A DNA stretch of 64,000 nucleotides from a virus: the IMG/VR virus record IMGVR_UViG_3300007513_000009. One strand, given 5' to 3'. Positions within the stretch are counted from its first letter, which is position 1, and every line of letters starts with the position of its first letter. The notes beneath the pieces were generated by a model. It was not told where the DNA came from. It made no database searches and saw only the letters and a program-made list of their open reading frames with translations. The translations under genes were made by a program, and so were the position numbers. Positions 1 to 10,921 of the stretch are shown in pieces.

Positions 1-177
1 TTAGTATTTGATATCAGTAGAGCGTCATCTTTAACAGCTGGTGTTGAATTTGAAACTGTTGATTTGTTTTTTAACAGAATTGCTGATTCTGAAAGAGGTG
101 TTTCTTTTAGTGGAGGAAGTACAGGACCGATAGGAGACTTTTCTATCTCAGAAGCATCTTCCAACTTTGAATATTAA
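1..177 (+). CDS. 3' end of a gene entering from upstream (possibly a baseplate protein)
   Basis: Frame 1 is open from base 1 to TAA at 175-177 (LVFDISRASS...SSNFEY*). Product guessed only from its position before the wedge gene. Confidence 0.5.
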   Translation, partial: LVFDISRASSLTAGVEFETVDLFFNRIADSERGVSFSGGSTGPIGDFSISEASSNFEY

Positions 178-191
178 AATGAGAAATAATT

Positions 192-2117
192 ATGCCGTAC
201 ACACAAGATAACAACTTTCAACCATCTAATATCAAATATACTTCTAAAGATTTTACATCTATTAAGGATGATCTGATAAATTATACTAAAGCTTATTTTC
301 CAAATACTTATAGAGATTTTAATGAAACATCTCCTGGTATGATGTTGATTGAATTGACAAGTTATGTTGGTGATGTATTGAGTTATTATATTGATTACAA
401 TTATAAAGAAAATTTATTAGCAACTGCTACAGAAAAACGAAATGTTTTAAATTTAGCAGAATTTTTAGGATACAAACATAATACAGTAACACCATCTACT
501 GTTGAATTAAAAATAACAAAAGAAGTTAATGCGGATGCGGGTGATACAACTAAACCAATAAAAACTACTACATTATTAGAACCAGGATTTCAAATAAAAT
601 CAAATGTAGATAGTGAATTAGTATTTGAAACATTAGATTATGTAGATTTTCAAAATACAGGATCTTACCCACAACCAATAATTGAACAATCAGCAGAAGA
701 TGGGAATGGTATAGCAACAAAATATAAAATAACGCATACTGTTAATGCTGTTTCTGGAAAAACAAAAACAAAAACTTTTAGTATAACTAATCCTACTAAA
801 TTTTTAGAATTAGAGTTGAGTGAAACTAATGTAATTGAAATTTTAGACATGACGGATAGTTCAGGACAAAAATGGTATGAGGTGGATTATTTAGCACAAG
901 ATAAAATATTAAAAGAAACACATTATAGTAAAAATGCAAATCAAGATCTACCAACACCTAACTTAGAAGTTGATGTTGCAGTACCATTTACATTAGAGTA
1001 TATAAAAACAAATAAAAAATTTGTTAAAAAAATTGATGTAGATACTAACACTACTAAATTACAATTTGGAAATGGGTTGTATAAATATAATGTTTCTGGT
1101 TCAGGCGCATCATTTGATTCTATAATTCAACAACAAGGAATAAATGTGGCTGGTGTTCCTATGACGACTATTAATGCTGGTATTAGTAATTTAATAAAGA
1201 ATAATACAATTAATCTTGGTGAAAGTCCAGCTAATACTATGTTGACTGTAACATATAGAGTTGGGGGTGGACCAAGTGCTAATGTACAGTTTGGTGAAAT
1301 AACCGAAGTTGTTGATGATAGTGCTGGTGTTATAGTAACAAATGATTTTCCTGCGGTGGGTGGGACAGATGGATTAACAGTAGATGAGATAAAAGAAAAT
1401 GCTAAAGCTTTATTTGCATCTCAATTACGATGTGTTACCAAAGAAGATTATCAGGCAAGAATTATGACATTACCTGCGAAATTTGGAAATATTGCTAAAT
1501 GTTATGTTGAGCGTGGGGATGGTGGACAATCATTGGTGGTAAGAACTTTATCATATAATAAAAATAAACAATTAGTAAAAACACCATTGGTAGTTTTTCA
1601 AAATCTACAAAATTATCTTGAACAATTCAGAATGATAAATGATAATTTAGATTTTGGGATTGGATTGGCTGGAGGAAATTATTCTGGTCATTGGATAAAT
1701 TTTGGAGTACAATTTGATGTTAATTATGATAGACGATTTGATCCAAGAGAAGTTAAATTAGAAGTAATAGATGTAATAAAAAACTATTTTAGAATTGATA
1801 AAATGCAATTTAAACAATCGATTAATTTAAATGATTTGGAATATAATATAATTGGATTAGATGGTGTTATTGGAATAGCTGAATTAAAATTAGTGCAAAC
1901 ATTTGATGATGGAACGAAATTATATGGTTTGGATCAAAATGGTGAACCAACACCGGACGCTGTTGATGGATATGGTTTTTTATATCCATTTGCGGATGAT
2001 CAAAATGATACAACTGATGAGGCTGTTTCAGCCAATAATATATTAAGACCATCTGTAACACCAGCTGTATTTGAAATAAGAAACCCAAATACGGATATTA
2101 AGGGTAGGGTGAGATAA
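192..2117 (+). CDS. Baseplate wedge subunit (T4 gp6 / baseplate-J-like)
   Basis: N-terminus YTSKDFTSIKDDLINY..YFP..Y.DFNETSPGMMLIEL.SYVGDVLSYY and ATATEKRNVLNLAEFLGY; later YRVGGG..ANV, GG.D..TVDEIK and Q.RCVTKEDY. These are typical gp6/J-like motifs. Confidence 0.9.
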   Translation: MPYTQDNNFQPSNIKYTSKDFTSIKDDLINYTKAYFPNTYRDFNETSPGMMLIELTSYVGDVLSYYIDYNYKENLLATATEKRNVLNLAEFLGYKHNTVTPSTVELKITKEVNADAGDTTKPIKTTTLLEPGFQIKSNVDSELVFETLDYVDFQNTGSYPQPIIEQSAEDGNGIATKYKITHTVNAVSGKTKTKTFSITNPTKFLELELSETNVIEILDMTDSSGQKWYEVDYLAQDKILKETHYSKNANQDLPTPNLEVDVAVPFTLEYIKTNKKFVKKIDVDTNTTKLQFGNGLYKYNVSGSGASFDSIIQQQGINVAGVPMTTINAGISNLIKNNTINLGESPANTMLTVTYRVGGGPSANVQFGEITEVVDDSAGVIVTNDFPAVGGTDGLTVDEIKENAKALFASQLRCVTKEDYQARIMTLPAKFGNIAKCYVERGDGGQSLVVRTLSYNKNKQLVKTPLVVFQNLQNYLEQFRMINDNLDFGIGLAGGNYSGHWINFGVQFDVNYDRRFDPREVKLEVIDVIKNYFRIDKMQFKQSINLNDLEYNIIGLDGVIGIAELKLVQTFDDGTKLYGLDQNGEPTPDAVDGYGFLYPFADDQNDTTDEAVSANNILRPSVTPAVFEIRNPNTDIKGRVR

Positions 2118-2118
2118 C

Positions 2119-3237
2119 ATGCATAAATTTTTCTTTGCTACAAAAGACGCAACTATTAATAGTGGTTCACATTTAATCACTGGCGAAACCTTTAAAGATA
2201 AGAATACAGGACAGGATGAAGTATTAGAAATTAAAAAAGTTTTTTCCAATAGAACATTCAAATATCCAACAAGAGCATTAATACAATTTGATACAAATGA
2301 AGTTCAATCTTTTTTAACAGAAAATAATATTGCATCAAATCAATATAGTGCATCTATTAGACTTTATGAAACCACTGGCACGAGTGGTTTGTCGGAAACA
2401 TATAATGTTGCTGCTTATCCATTAAGTCAAGAGTGGGATGAGGGTGTTGGTAAGGAAGTAGATACCCCAAAAACTACTGAAGGTGTTAGTTGGGAGTATA
2501 GACAAAACAAACCTGGGGCTAACGAGATAGCTTGGACAAATGCTGGTGGAACACATATTGTTGGTGATGTAGTATCCCAATCTTTTTCATCTGAGTCTCC
2601 TGATATTAATATGAATGTCACATCGATTGTAAAGGATTGGTTAGATAGTACAAATCCAAATTACGGATTATTGCTTATGCTTTCAGGAAGTACTTTAGAA
2701 CCAAATAAGACTTATGAAAATGCAACTGGTAGTTTCGAAGATTTAAAATTCTTTTCAAGACAAACTAATACAATTTATTCACCAAAGTTAGAAATCAAAT
2801 GGGATGATCATTTACCAGCAACGGGGGATAATACAGGTAGTTTGATTGCTTTAGATATTAGTGGTAATGTGGAGAATTATTTGTATCCATTACATTCTAG
2901 AGAAGCTTATAAAGAAACAGAAACAGTTAAGTTTAGGTTTGGTGCTCGCAAACGATATATAGATAAAACATTTAGTACATCTATACAATCCATAAGTGGT
3001 AGTTTTATTCCAGAAGGTTCAGGTTCATATTCTATTATTGATATGGCAACAAATGAATCGGTTGTTCCATTTAGTCCATTTACATCAATGAGTTGTGATA
3101 CTGTATCAAGTTATTTTAAACAAGATTTAAATTCATATGAACCAAATAGGTCTTATAAAATATTAATTAAACTATCACATGATGATAATCAAGAAATTAT
3201 ATTTGATGATGGCTTTGAATTTATTATAAGGAGTTAA
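2119..3237 (+). CDS. Virion structural protein with a DNRLRE-like domain
   Basis: KDATI..NTG.DEVLEI, RALIQFD, W.EG.G, MNVTSIVKDW, NYGLLL and FFSR..PKLEIKW pattern; coupled to the wedge gene. Confidence 0.7.
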   Translation: MHKFFFATKDATINSGSHLITGETFKDKNTGQDEVLEIKKVFSNRTFKYPTRALIQFDTNEVQSFLTENNIASNQYSASIRLYETTGTSGLSETYNVAAYPLSQEWDEGVGKEVDTPKTTEGVSWEYRQNKPGANEIAWTNAGGTHIVGDVVSQSFSSESPDINMNVTSIVKDWLDSTNPNYGLLLMLSGSTLEPNKTYENATGSFEDLKFFSRQTNTIYSPKLEIKWDDHLPATGDNTGSLIALDISGNVENYLYPLHSREAYKETETVKFRFGARKRYIDKTFSTSIQSISGSFIPEGSGSYSIIDMATNESVVPFSPFTSMSCDTVSSYFKQDLNSYEPNRSYKILIKLSHDDNQEIIFDDGFEFIIRS

Positions 3238-3238
3238 T

Positions 3239-6200
3239 ATGTCTTATAATTCTGGTTCCAAAAATACATATGGTACTATAAACATTGAGTTACAAAATAC
3301 TAGTGATTTACAAGAAGATGTTTCTTATGATTATATAGCACAAAAACAAAATGGGGGCCCATTTAAAGGATATGCTACTGTTAGAAATGATGGAACTAAA
3401 CTAGTTTTAGTTGATAATTCATTCACCCTTCCAGATAATCCACCACCATATTCAGATAGATCAGAAATACAAATACAGAATAGTGATACTGGACAACTTG
3501 TTTTAAATACATATATAACCGATATAGTTAATCATGGTGAAAAGGAAGTATTTTCTTATGGTTCAAAATCACAAGAAACAATAAATAAATATACAGCTAC
3601 TCAATTTGATCCAACAAGAGTTGCTAATGTTGCGGATACACAAACCGATACACAAACCCTTGATTATACTGATGATGGTAGGCCGATAGAAATAAGGCCT
3701 GGAGTTTTTCAACATCAAAATGATAATTTATTATATTATAAGGATGGGTCAACAATACCTATCCCACCATTAACCGACACATATCAGAGAGGTGGCGAAC
3801 ATACTCAGAAACAACAATGTCATGGTTGTCAATTTTTTAATGAAGTTGCTGGATATTGTAGTAAATATAGAGTTGATGCAAGACATCAATATTGGTGTTC
3901 TTCATGGGGAGATCCAAAAAGAACGGATACTGTTGAGGATTTCCTAACAGGAGATTCAAAGACAACTTATTCTGATCCAAAGTATAGAGATTTAAAAGTA
4001 AGAAAAGAAGATGAGGAAAAATGGAAAAAATATAAAAATAAATTTACTGAAGATACTGGTTCTATAGATACACAACCAACTGGTTCTAGGGATTCGGAAA
4101 CAGACGACATCGATCCGCCAAATATGGTAGAAGGTTTTGAAGTAGATATAACTCTTTATGATCCATTGGCTACAGACGGTACTGTACAATTACCAGTTTG
4201 GTGGTATCCCACCCCTTCTCTGACTCATTATGAGTTTGGTATTCAAGTACATATAATTGGTTTAAATCCATCTGGAGACTGGCAAATTAATGAGACAATA
4301 ACCTATAGTGATAACCATGATAGTTTTGATATACAAATAAATCAAATAAAAGGAGAATTGGCTGTACCATATCGGATAGTATCGACTTTCGAAGGTAATA
4401 GTGTAATTAAAATTGATAGAGATTCGGATGGTTTTATTGGTGGAGATGCGCAATTTGAAATTATAGTTAATTTTAATAAAATTTATAATGACTCTTCAAC
4501 CAATTATCTAGATATATTAGTAAATCAAACAGCAACATTTGAAACACCAATAATTTCAATAGAACCAGAATTTATTGATGATGAAGAAGTAGAATATTTC
4601 CCAACTGGAAGTGATGGTGCGGCAATAATACCTGATGAAAAAACTATTAAAAGAATGATTAGAGAAAAAGTTTATGAGGGGATGTATTCGGCTGTAATTA
4701 CTTCTGATTTAGGACCACACAATATAATGAGTTTCCAACAAACAATAAGAGATGGTGCAATGACTGTTGGAAGAAATGCCGATGATATTTTGATTTATAC
4801 TAAAAAAGATGGAAATGTTTTAGGTCAAACTGATGATGAAATTGAAGATATAGTAACTCAGATATATGCCGATGGTGAAGATATATGGGCTAATAGCACA
4901 AATATGAGTTATATTCAAAACCAAATAGAAAATTTCGATATAACTTATTTTACTGATGAATCAGAATATGCGCATAAAATATATAAAGTTCAATATGGTG
5001 ACGGTGATCCAAAAGTGTATGCAAAAGCACAAGAAGTAACGAATATGTGGAATTGGATAAATGTACCAAATATACCAAACATAGATTGGATAGAAGATTT
5101 TGGAAAAACTATAGATAAAACTAAAGCATACGAAACATTAGATACTACTATTTATGAACTTTTACCTTATCAAAGAACAAGACAAACTGAGGTTGATGAA
5201 CTTTTTTCTCAATTGAATTCAAGTGATATGCTTGGGAATGTTCCTGGATTTGATGGAGATGGTAATATCACAGAAGAACAATTAGCTGAAGATTCTGGTT
5301 CGAGAATAAGTGAAAATGAAAGTTCATCTGCTCCAATAACAAGACTTGATACTCAAACGAATCTAGCAAATACAAATAAAACAATACAAGGATTACGCAA
5401 TACTTTAAATACATATCTAAAGGATGTTGATAATGTTGTTGAAGAAGTAGAAGATGATAGACCTGAATATCAAAATAGAGCTGAGGGATTTTTAAAATTA
5501 AGAAAACCAAATCAAGCAATCATTATAAGAAATCCTGATGGTGGGGAGTTAGATTTTCAAAAAGACGATTCATATTTAACAGATGGGTTCACTATAACGA
5601 TGTGGGTTAGGTTTGTTGGGAGAACTGGACTTGGTACACTATTTAGTTTTGGGAATCCATATAAAGCAGATGTAGAGAATAGATACGGATTTAGATTAGA
5701 AACATTTACTGTAAGTCAAAAGGATAGGTATCCTGATTATCCAAATAATGTGGGTACATCACAATGGATAACACCCAATTCTGTAGATAACTGGTCATGG
5801 CAGTGGCCAGTCGGTCATGTAAATGAAAATGGGGATATGATTGAGACTCCATTTTATTATAGCGATTATGAAAGGTTTGTGAGGCTTGTGGTGTGGGATC
5901 ATACAGATACAACCCCTTATAATACGGTGTCAAATTTAAACGGAAGCCCAGCTTTAGCAAACGATGATGGTTCTTTTGGAAAACTTTATGATAGCCACTT
6001 CGGTACATTGAGAAAAGGTAGACAAAGATTATGGGATCCAGGATGGTATGAACCAAATGAAGGAGTGCAAGGGCATGTTGGTAGTGGTATAGGAGATTTG
6101 GCTGATGGTAATATAAGAAAAACTTCATTACCTGTTTATTTCCCAATAGACGAATATGGAGATCAAGGACAAGGTGGGGCAATGGCTGAATTTGCTTTTA

Positions 6201-6511
6201 ACTATACAAGAATACCAACTGATAATTTAGATGAGTGGTTCTTTATATGTGCAACTTATGATCCAACTGTTGATGAAAAATCCGATTGGCAAAATTATTC
6301 ATCTGATGGATCTTATCGTTGTAAAGTAGAAGTAATAAGCAGAAGAGATTTATTAACAGCTAGGGGTTTTAAAGTTGAAGAAATCCAAGCCCCTATGGAT
6401 CAAGATCAAGCGGACACTACCGACTATTACGATTATGCTGGTGATGGTCCACCAGTCGCTTCTTTTAATTATACAATGCAAGCAATAGACGATACTGACT
6501 TTTTTGAATAA
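3239..6511 (+). CDS. Large baseplate/tail-associated protein with a HiPIP-like Cys motif and a C-terminal LamG-like domain
   Basis: 1090 aa. CHGC-x8-C-x12-C motif (ending WC) near aa 194-220; GFTITMWVRF, LFSFG and WFFICATYD LamG strands; located in the structural operon. Confidence 0.6.
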   Translation: MSYNSGSKNTYGTINIELQNTSDLQEDVSYDYIAQKQNGGPFKGYATVRNDGTKLVLVDNSFTLPDNPPPYSDRSEIQIQNSDTGQLVLNTYITDIVNHGEKEVFSYGSKSQETINKYTATQFDPTRVANVADTQTDTQTLDYTDDGRPIEIRPGVFQHQNDNLLYYKDGSTIPIPPLTDTYQRGGEHTQKQQCHGCQFFNEVAGYCSKYRVDARHQYWCSSWGDPKRTDTVEDFLTGDSKTTYSDPKYRDLKVRKEDEEKWKKYKNKFTEDTGSIDTQPTGSRDSETDDIDPPNMVEGFEVDITLYDPLATDGTVQLPVWWYPTPSLTHYEFGIQVHIIGLNPSGDWQINETITYSDNHDSFDIQINQIKGELAVPYRIVSTFEGNSVIKIDRDSDGFIGGDAQFEIIVNFNKIYNDSSTNYLDILVNQTATFETPIISIEPEFIDDEEVEYFPTGSDGAAIIPDEKTIKRMIREKVYEGMYSAVITSDLGPHNIMSFQQTIRDGAMTVGRNADDILIYTKKDGNVLGQTDDEIEDIVTQIYADGEDIWANSTNMSYIQNQIENFDITYFTDESEYAHKIYKVQYGDGDPKVYAKAQEVTNMWNWINVPNIPNIDWIEDFGKTIDKTKAYETLDTTIYELLPYQRTRQTEVDELFSQLNSSDMLGNVPGFDGDGNITEEQLAEDSGSRISENESSSAPITRLDTQTNLANTNKTIQGLRNTLNTYLKDVDNVVEEVEDDRPEYQNRAEGFLKLRKPNQAIIIRNPDGGELDFQKDDSYLTDGFTITMWVRFVGRTGLGTLFSFGNPYKADVENRYGFRLETFTVSQKDRYPDYPNNVGTSQWITPNSVDNWSWQWPVGHVNENGDMIETPFYYSDYERFVRLVVWDHTDTTPYNTVSNLNGSPALANDDGSFGKLYDSHFGTLRKGRQRLWDPGWYEPNEGVQGHVGSGIGDLADGNIRKTSLPVYFPIDEYGDQGQGGAMAEFAFNYTRIPTDNLDEWFFICATYDPTVDEKSDWQNYSSDGSYRCKVEVISRRDLLTARGFKVEEIQAPMDQDQADTTDYYDYAGDGPPVASFNYTMQAIDDTDFFE

Positions 6512-6520
6512 GGAATTATT

Positions 6521-6892
6521 ATGGGTACTACAGGAAATACAGAATATACACCACCAGACTTTGCTGAACCAGAAGTATCAGAAACAATTGATTTTACTGA
6601 TACATCGACTGGAGCTACAGAATGGTTATGGGATTTTGGAGATGGAACAACATCAGTAGAACAAAATCCATCACATACCTATAATGTTGCTGGTGAATAT
6701 CAAGTCACATTAACAGTTTCGAATGAATGGGGGTCTGATACAATAACTCAAACTGTAATAATAGAACAAAGTGAAACGGAAACCGAAGAAGAGACCGAAG
6801 AAGAAACCGAAGAAGAAACAGGTGATGGTAAAAATAAAAAAAAGAAAATATCCTTTAAAGGAGAAACTACAGAAACTGCTGATAACAGATAA
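6521..6892 (+). CDS. PKD-domain protein with an acidic/basic tail
   Basis: FTDTSTGATEWLWDFGDGTTSVEQNPSHTYNVAGEYQVTLTVSN is a canonical PKD signature; AAGGA RBS upstream. Confidence 0.85.
   Translation: MGTTGNTEYTPPDFAEPEVSETIDFTDTSTGATEWLWDFGDGTTSVEQNPSHTYNVAGEYQVTLTVSNEWGSDTITQTVIIEQSETETEEETEEETEEETGDGKNKKKKISFKGETTETADNR
6779..6820 (+). repeat. 12-bp tandem repeat (about 3.5 copies) encoding ETEE
   Basis: gaaaccgaagaa/gagaccgaagaa/gaaaccgaagaa/gaaaca. Confidence 0.9.
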
Positions 6893-6900
6893 GAATAAAG

Positions 6901-9900
6901 ATGTCAAATATAACGATAGATAACAAAAATTTACACAACATAACAGAATGGAATTTTCAAACTGTTGGTGTGGCTGAGGTATCTACATCTATTGTAATTC
7001 CATATGAAGAACCAATAGATATAGAAATCAATGGTAATGTTATAGTGGGGGGTGAAAATAGCGCTCCTAATATTTTAATTGTGGATACAGACAACAGTAC
7101 TAATTTAGATATTTTTACAAACGGAACTCCACAGGTGAGACCAGGCACACAATGGTACAACGATATGTATTCTGGGATAACATTAACACTAACATCAGAT
7201 ACCATATTAAGTGGATCAGATACAAATATATCAGGATCGGTTGTTGATATCGCCGCCAATAGTCTTTATGATGGTGGTAATGAACTTACCATCAATCGAA
7301 ATATTACTTCTATGCAACTGGACAATGTGTTTGACCAAACACCACTTACAATATATGGGACAGGAACAATAGATGTTAATGAGTTTACTTATGGTACAAG
7401 TAATAGGCTTATGATTGATGAGCTGAATTCAACGAATGCTGATACAATATTACAGTTGACAACCGATGTTGAAAATTATTTACTTGAAGGATTAATTGAA
7501 GGAAATGAATTTTCAAGATTTTATGTACAGGTACATGGTCCATCAGATTTAACTATACCATTAAAGGATCCACCTAGTAATAATATCGTTGGTTATTCTT
7601 ATATGCAAACGCAAAAACAATTTTTGCATAATAAATCGTGGGAAGATTTTGCACAATTTACAGGTATACATGGTCTTGGTGTTTTACCCGCAACTTATAA
7701 TACTGTAACTCTTTCTGGTCAAGCAGAAGTAATATGGAACGATGATTATGGAATTGGATTTACAATTACTTCTGGGGATACACCTATGTCGATATATGAT
7801 TTGCCAGTAAATCCGACACCACCACAGGACTGGGGAGATTGGACAACGCAAAATTTTCAGATGACAAGGTTCGATGGTGAAATCCAAAGGACAATATATG
7901 ATTCGACTGGAGGTGGGCCAATAACATATGGTGATGATGGTGCGCAGGGGTTTGAGACATTTAGTGTAGTAGGAGATTCTTCATCAGGAGAACCTTTTAC
8001 AGAACTTTTTCCTCTTGTTATACCTTATGATGGGGCAGGAGGAGTTTTTAAAGTCACTACCGAACATCTCAATATGCCAGATAATCCATCTGTAACTGGG
8101 GAATATGGTAATAATGCTCCAGTTGGTGATTTACCTGAAAATCCAAGTTGGGAAGAACCAACACAATTTGTAGATAATAATGGTAATACATGGCAATATG
8201 CGTGGTTAACTAATGGGGCGGCTGGTTATGATGTACCAGAGGGGGAGGAGTGGAATCTGACCACTCCTCCGGTATTCGGGTGGATGTGGGTGACGGGCAC
8301 TACACCTCCTGGAACATACCCATCCGCAGGTCCATGGGATCCGGAATATTTTACTGATTCTGGTGGAAATCTTTGGGGTTATCAATGGCTAACTAATGGG
8401 CAATATTATGGGGGTGGTGTTAATCCAAATAACATGACAACGCCACCGATGTATGGCTGGGTGTGGATTTCTGGACCAGGAGCAGAAATTGTACGAAGGG
8501 CTTGGTTTAGTCCATTCGCAGATTCGGACAATAATTCTGAAAATAACTCGTGGTGGGATTATGTTCTTGGAAGCACTTATCATATAGAAATACCTATACC
8601 AACATCTATACAAAATGCTTTCCAATTGGAAAGCCCACAAATTTTTGATGGAGTAGTTAATGAATGGCCAGTACAACCACCAGATACTACAAATCCTTAT
8701 TGGTTTGAATTAGAATTAACTACTGAACAATTAAGCACTTGGGAAAGTCCTTTTAATGGATTCGGGGATTCAGAGAATATTACACAAGTTGGATATAGAA
8801 TATCAGATTATTCGCCGGCAACCTATTCTATAGGTTATACTCAAGACATAATAACAGAAACAGTTGAAAGTGTTGAAAGACTAGACCTCACATACTATTC
8901 GGAAAACATAGTTTCTACATCTTTTCATGAAGTTTTTGATGAGGATATTCAATTTAATTTTACAACCACTAAACCAGAAGTTCAGCAAGTGTTGGATTAT
9001 TATGATATAGTTAGACAGCCATGGCAGGGTAGAGATTATTTATTCTCAACAACCAATCCTAATATAACAACTCCAGTTATTTATGATAACAGATTTCCTT
9101 TAGGAACTTATATTGAAAACAATAGAGATTTTTGGGAAAAACAAACTTTTGATGAAATAACATACACATCACAAATGAGTGATGAAAATTTACAATTAGC
9201 TGATTCATTGATAACTTCATCCGAAGCTTACCCATCAGTATATGGTGATGATGTGGACTTTATAATTCCATCAGTACAATCTTTTTCGGTTGACGCATTA
9301 GCATTTAAAGTTAAAGATGATAAATCCTATCCATTGTGTTTTTATTATGATAAAGATTTACAAAGAGAGGAATATGAAGCAACAACTGAAGGTAAAGTAA
9401 GTTTAAAGCTCGTTAAGAGAGAGCCTGGAAGACCAACAAATACATATTTTAATCCACATATAGATAGACCAGTTTTTGACAGCGATCCGCAAAGTGATGG
9501 TGAAAACCCATATTATCCCCCTACAGAATTATTTAATGTTGGTGCGAAAGATACAACTTCAGATCCACGAATTATAGGACAGCCGGTGTGGGCCGCGTCA
9601 AGTTTATCACCAACCGATGCTCTTCCTTATATTTATCGGACTGATCTTTGGTCTGGGGCTGAAGGTAGACTGTATTATGCTTGGTTAGCAACTGATCCTG
9701 AAGAGTATACTAATGATGAAGAACTTTTGTATCATTGGAAATTTATTGGAGAAGGTTGGTTGGTTCCAACAGCATATGAAGTAATGTCTGATCCTACTCA
9801 GAATGTTTCTGGAAATGTAGGTGTTGAGAATGCAGATTCAATACCTTTAACTGGTCATGGGGCAATTTTTCCACATAATAGTACTGCAAAGGTTACTGTT

Positions 9901-10920
9901 TCTTTTTCTGGAAGGCAACAATATGAAGTATTTGATCGATTATATGTTAATGGGGGATCGTATAACAATATAAATATAAGTGTTTCATCTATGTTTAGTG
10001 ATGAGTGGGTTGATGAACATAAATGGAATGTTCACCCTCAAGTTATGCTTAGTATTGATTGGCAAGATCATGTCCACGATTCAACTGATCCAACAATAGA
10101 AATTCCAATTACACAAAATAATTGGGTAGAGACTGCAGCATATTCTAGATTTAAAATATTTAATATAACTGGCGACACCACCTTTATTGGTCATTGGCTT
10201 TACATGGGAGGGGATGATTACGATCAAGAAGAAGAGGGTGCTGCATTAACTGTTGATTATACAGCTAATCCACCAGGTTGGGGATTCCCATCTGGACCGG
10301 ATTATGTGGGTTCTGTAGATGATACGGATGAGTTAGGTGAACCAGTTACTAGTTGGACTTTTAATGTTTTCGGTAGTCCACAACCGGGTGGAGATTTTCA
10401 ATTAAACCAGTGGGTGGTGGGCAGCGGCACTACGGCGCAGAATGTAAATTTTCCCAATGGTAATACATCCACCGATGTAGTAGTTGAGGCAAATTCAACG
10501 GGGCATATAAATTTAGTAGCTAATTATGTTGAGGTTGAACCAACGGTGTACTTTAATATTAATGTTACCTGTGATGGGCAGTGGATTACTGATCCGGATC
10601 CTGATGAGTGGTGGGATTATGGATATTATAGTGTGATTTATGAGGGAAGTACTTATCATCCTGGATTGATAACATTCCCACCATCCCAATACCATATTAA
10701 CTTTGATGGTGTTGCTGAGGGTAATAGTTTAACTTTATCAACTACTCCAAGAAGAGTTTTAGGAAGTGATCCAATAGAATGGTATAACTTTATGGGTTGG
10801 AATGTTGTATCTGGAGCTGGTAATTTTGATGATTCGCTATTTGAATCAAATATGCAAACAACAATAATACAAAATGTAACTGGGGATGTAACGTTTAAGG
10901 CTATGTACGGGTTGCAGTAA
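6901..10920 (+). CDS. Large acidic virion protein with an internal Trp-rich duplication and a C-terminal InlB-B-repeat-like domain
   Basis: 1339 aa; C-terminus LTLSTTP..YNFMGWNVVSG..VTGDVTFKAMY resembles Listeria-Bacteroides/InlB-B repeats; structural operon. Confidence 0.55.
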   Translation: MSNITIDNKNLHNITEWNFQTVGVAEVSTSIVIPYEEPIDIEINGNVIVGGENSAPNILIVDTDNSTNLDIFTNGTPQVRPGTQWYNDMYSGITLTLTSDTILSGSDTNISGSVVDIAANSLYDGGNELTINRNITSMQLDNVFDQTPLTIYGTGTIDVNEFTYGTSNRLMIDELNSTNADTILQLTTDVENYLLEGLIEGNEFSRFYVQVHGPSDLTIPLKDPPSNNIVGYSYMQTQKQFLHNKSWEDFAQFTGIHGLGVLPATYNTVTLSGQAEVIWNDDYGIGFTITSGDTPMSIYDLPVNPTPPQDWGDWTTQNFQMTRFDGEIQRTIYDSTGGGPITYGDDGAQGFETFSVVGDSSSGEPFTELFPLVIPYDGAGGVFKVTTEHLNMPDNPSVTGEYGNNAPVGDLPENPSWEEPTQFVDNNGNTWQYAWLTNGAAGYDVPEGEEWNLTTPPVFGWMWVTGTTPPGTYPSAGPWDPEYFTDSGGNLWGYQWLTNGQYYGGGVNPNNMTTPPMYGWVWISGPGAEIVRRAWFSPFADSDNNSENNSWWDYVLGSTYHIEIPIPTSIQNAFQLESPQIFDGVVNEWPVQPPDTTNPYWFELELTTEQLSTWESPFNGFGDSENITQVGYRISDYSPATYSIGYTQDIITETVESVERLDLTYYSENIVSTSFHEVFDEDIQFNFTTTKPEVQQVLDYYDIVRQPWQGRDYLFSTTNPNITTPVIYDNRFPLGTYIENNRDFWEKQTFDEITYTSQMSDENLQLADSLITSSEAYPSVYGDDVDFIIPSVQSFSVDALAFKVKDDKSYPLCFYYDKDLQREEYEATTEGKVSLKLVKREPGRPTNTYFNPHIDRPVFDSDPQSDGENPYYPPTELFNVGAKDTTSDPRIIGQPVWAASSLSPTDALPYIYRTDLWSGAEGRLYYAWLATDPEEYTNDEELLYHWKFIGEGWLVPTAYEVMSDPTQNVSGNVGVENADSIPLTGHGAIFPHNSTAKVTVSFSGRQQYEVFDRLYVNGGSYNNINISVSSMFSDEWVDEHKWNVHPQVMLSIDWQDHVHDSTDPTIEIPITQNNWVETAAYSRFKIFNITGDTTFIGHWLYMGGDDYDQEEEGAALTVDYTANPPGWGFPSGPDYVGSVDDTDELGEPVTSWTFNVFGSPQPGGDFQLNQWVVGSGTTAQNVNFPNGNTSTDVVVEANSTGHINLVANYVEVEPTVYFNINVTCDGQWITDPDPDEWWDYGYYSVIYEGSTYHPGLITFPPSQYHINFDGVAEGNSLTLSTTPRRVLGSDPIEWYNFMGWNVVSGAGNFDDSLFESNMQTTIIQNVTGDVTFKAMYGLQ

Positions 10921-10921
10921 G

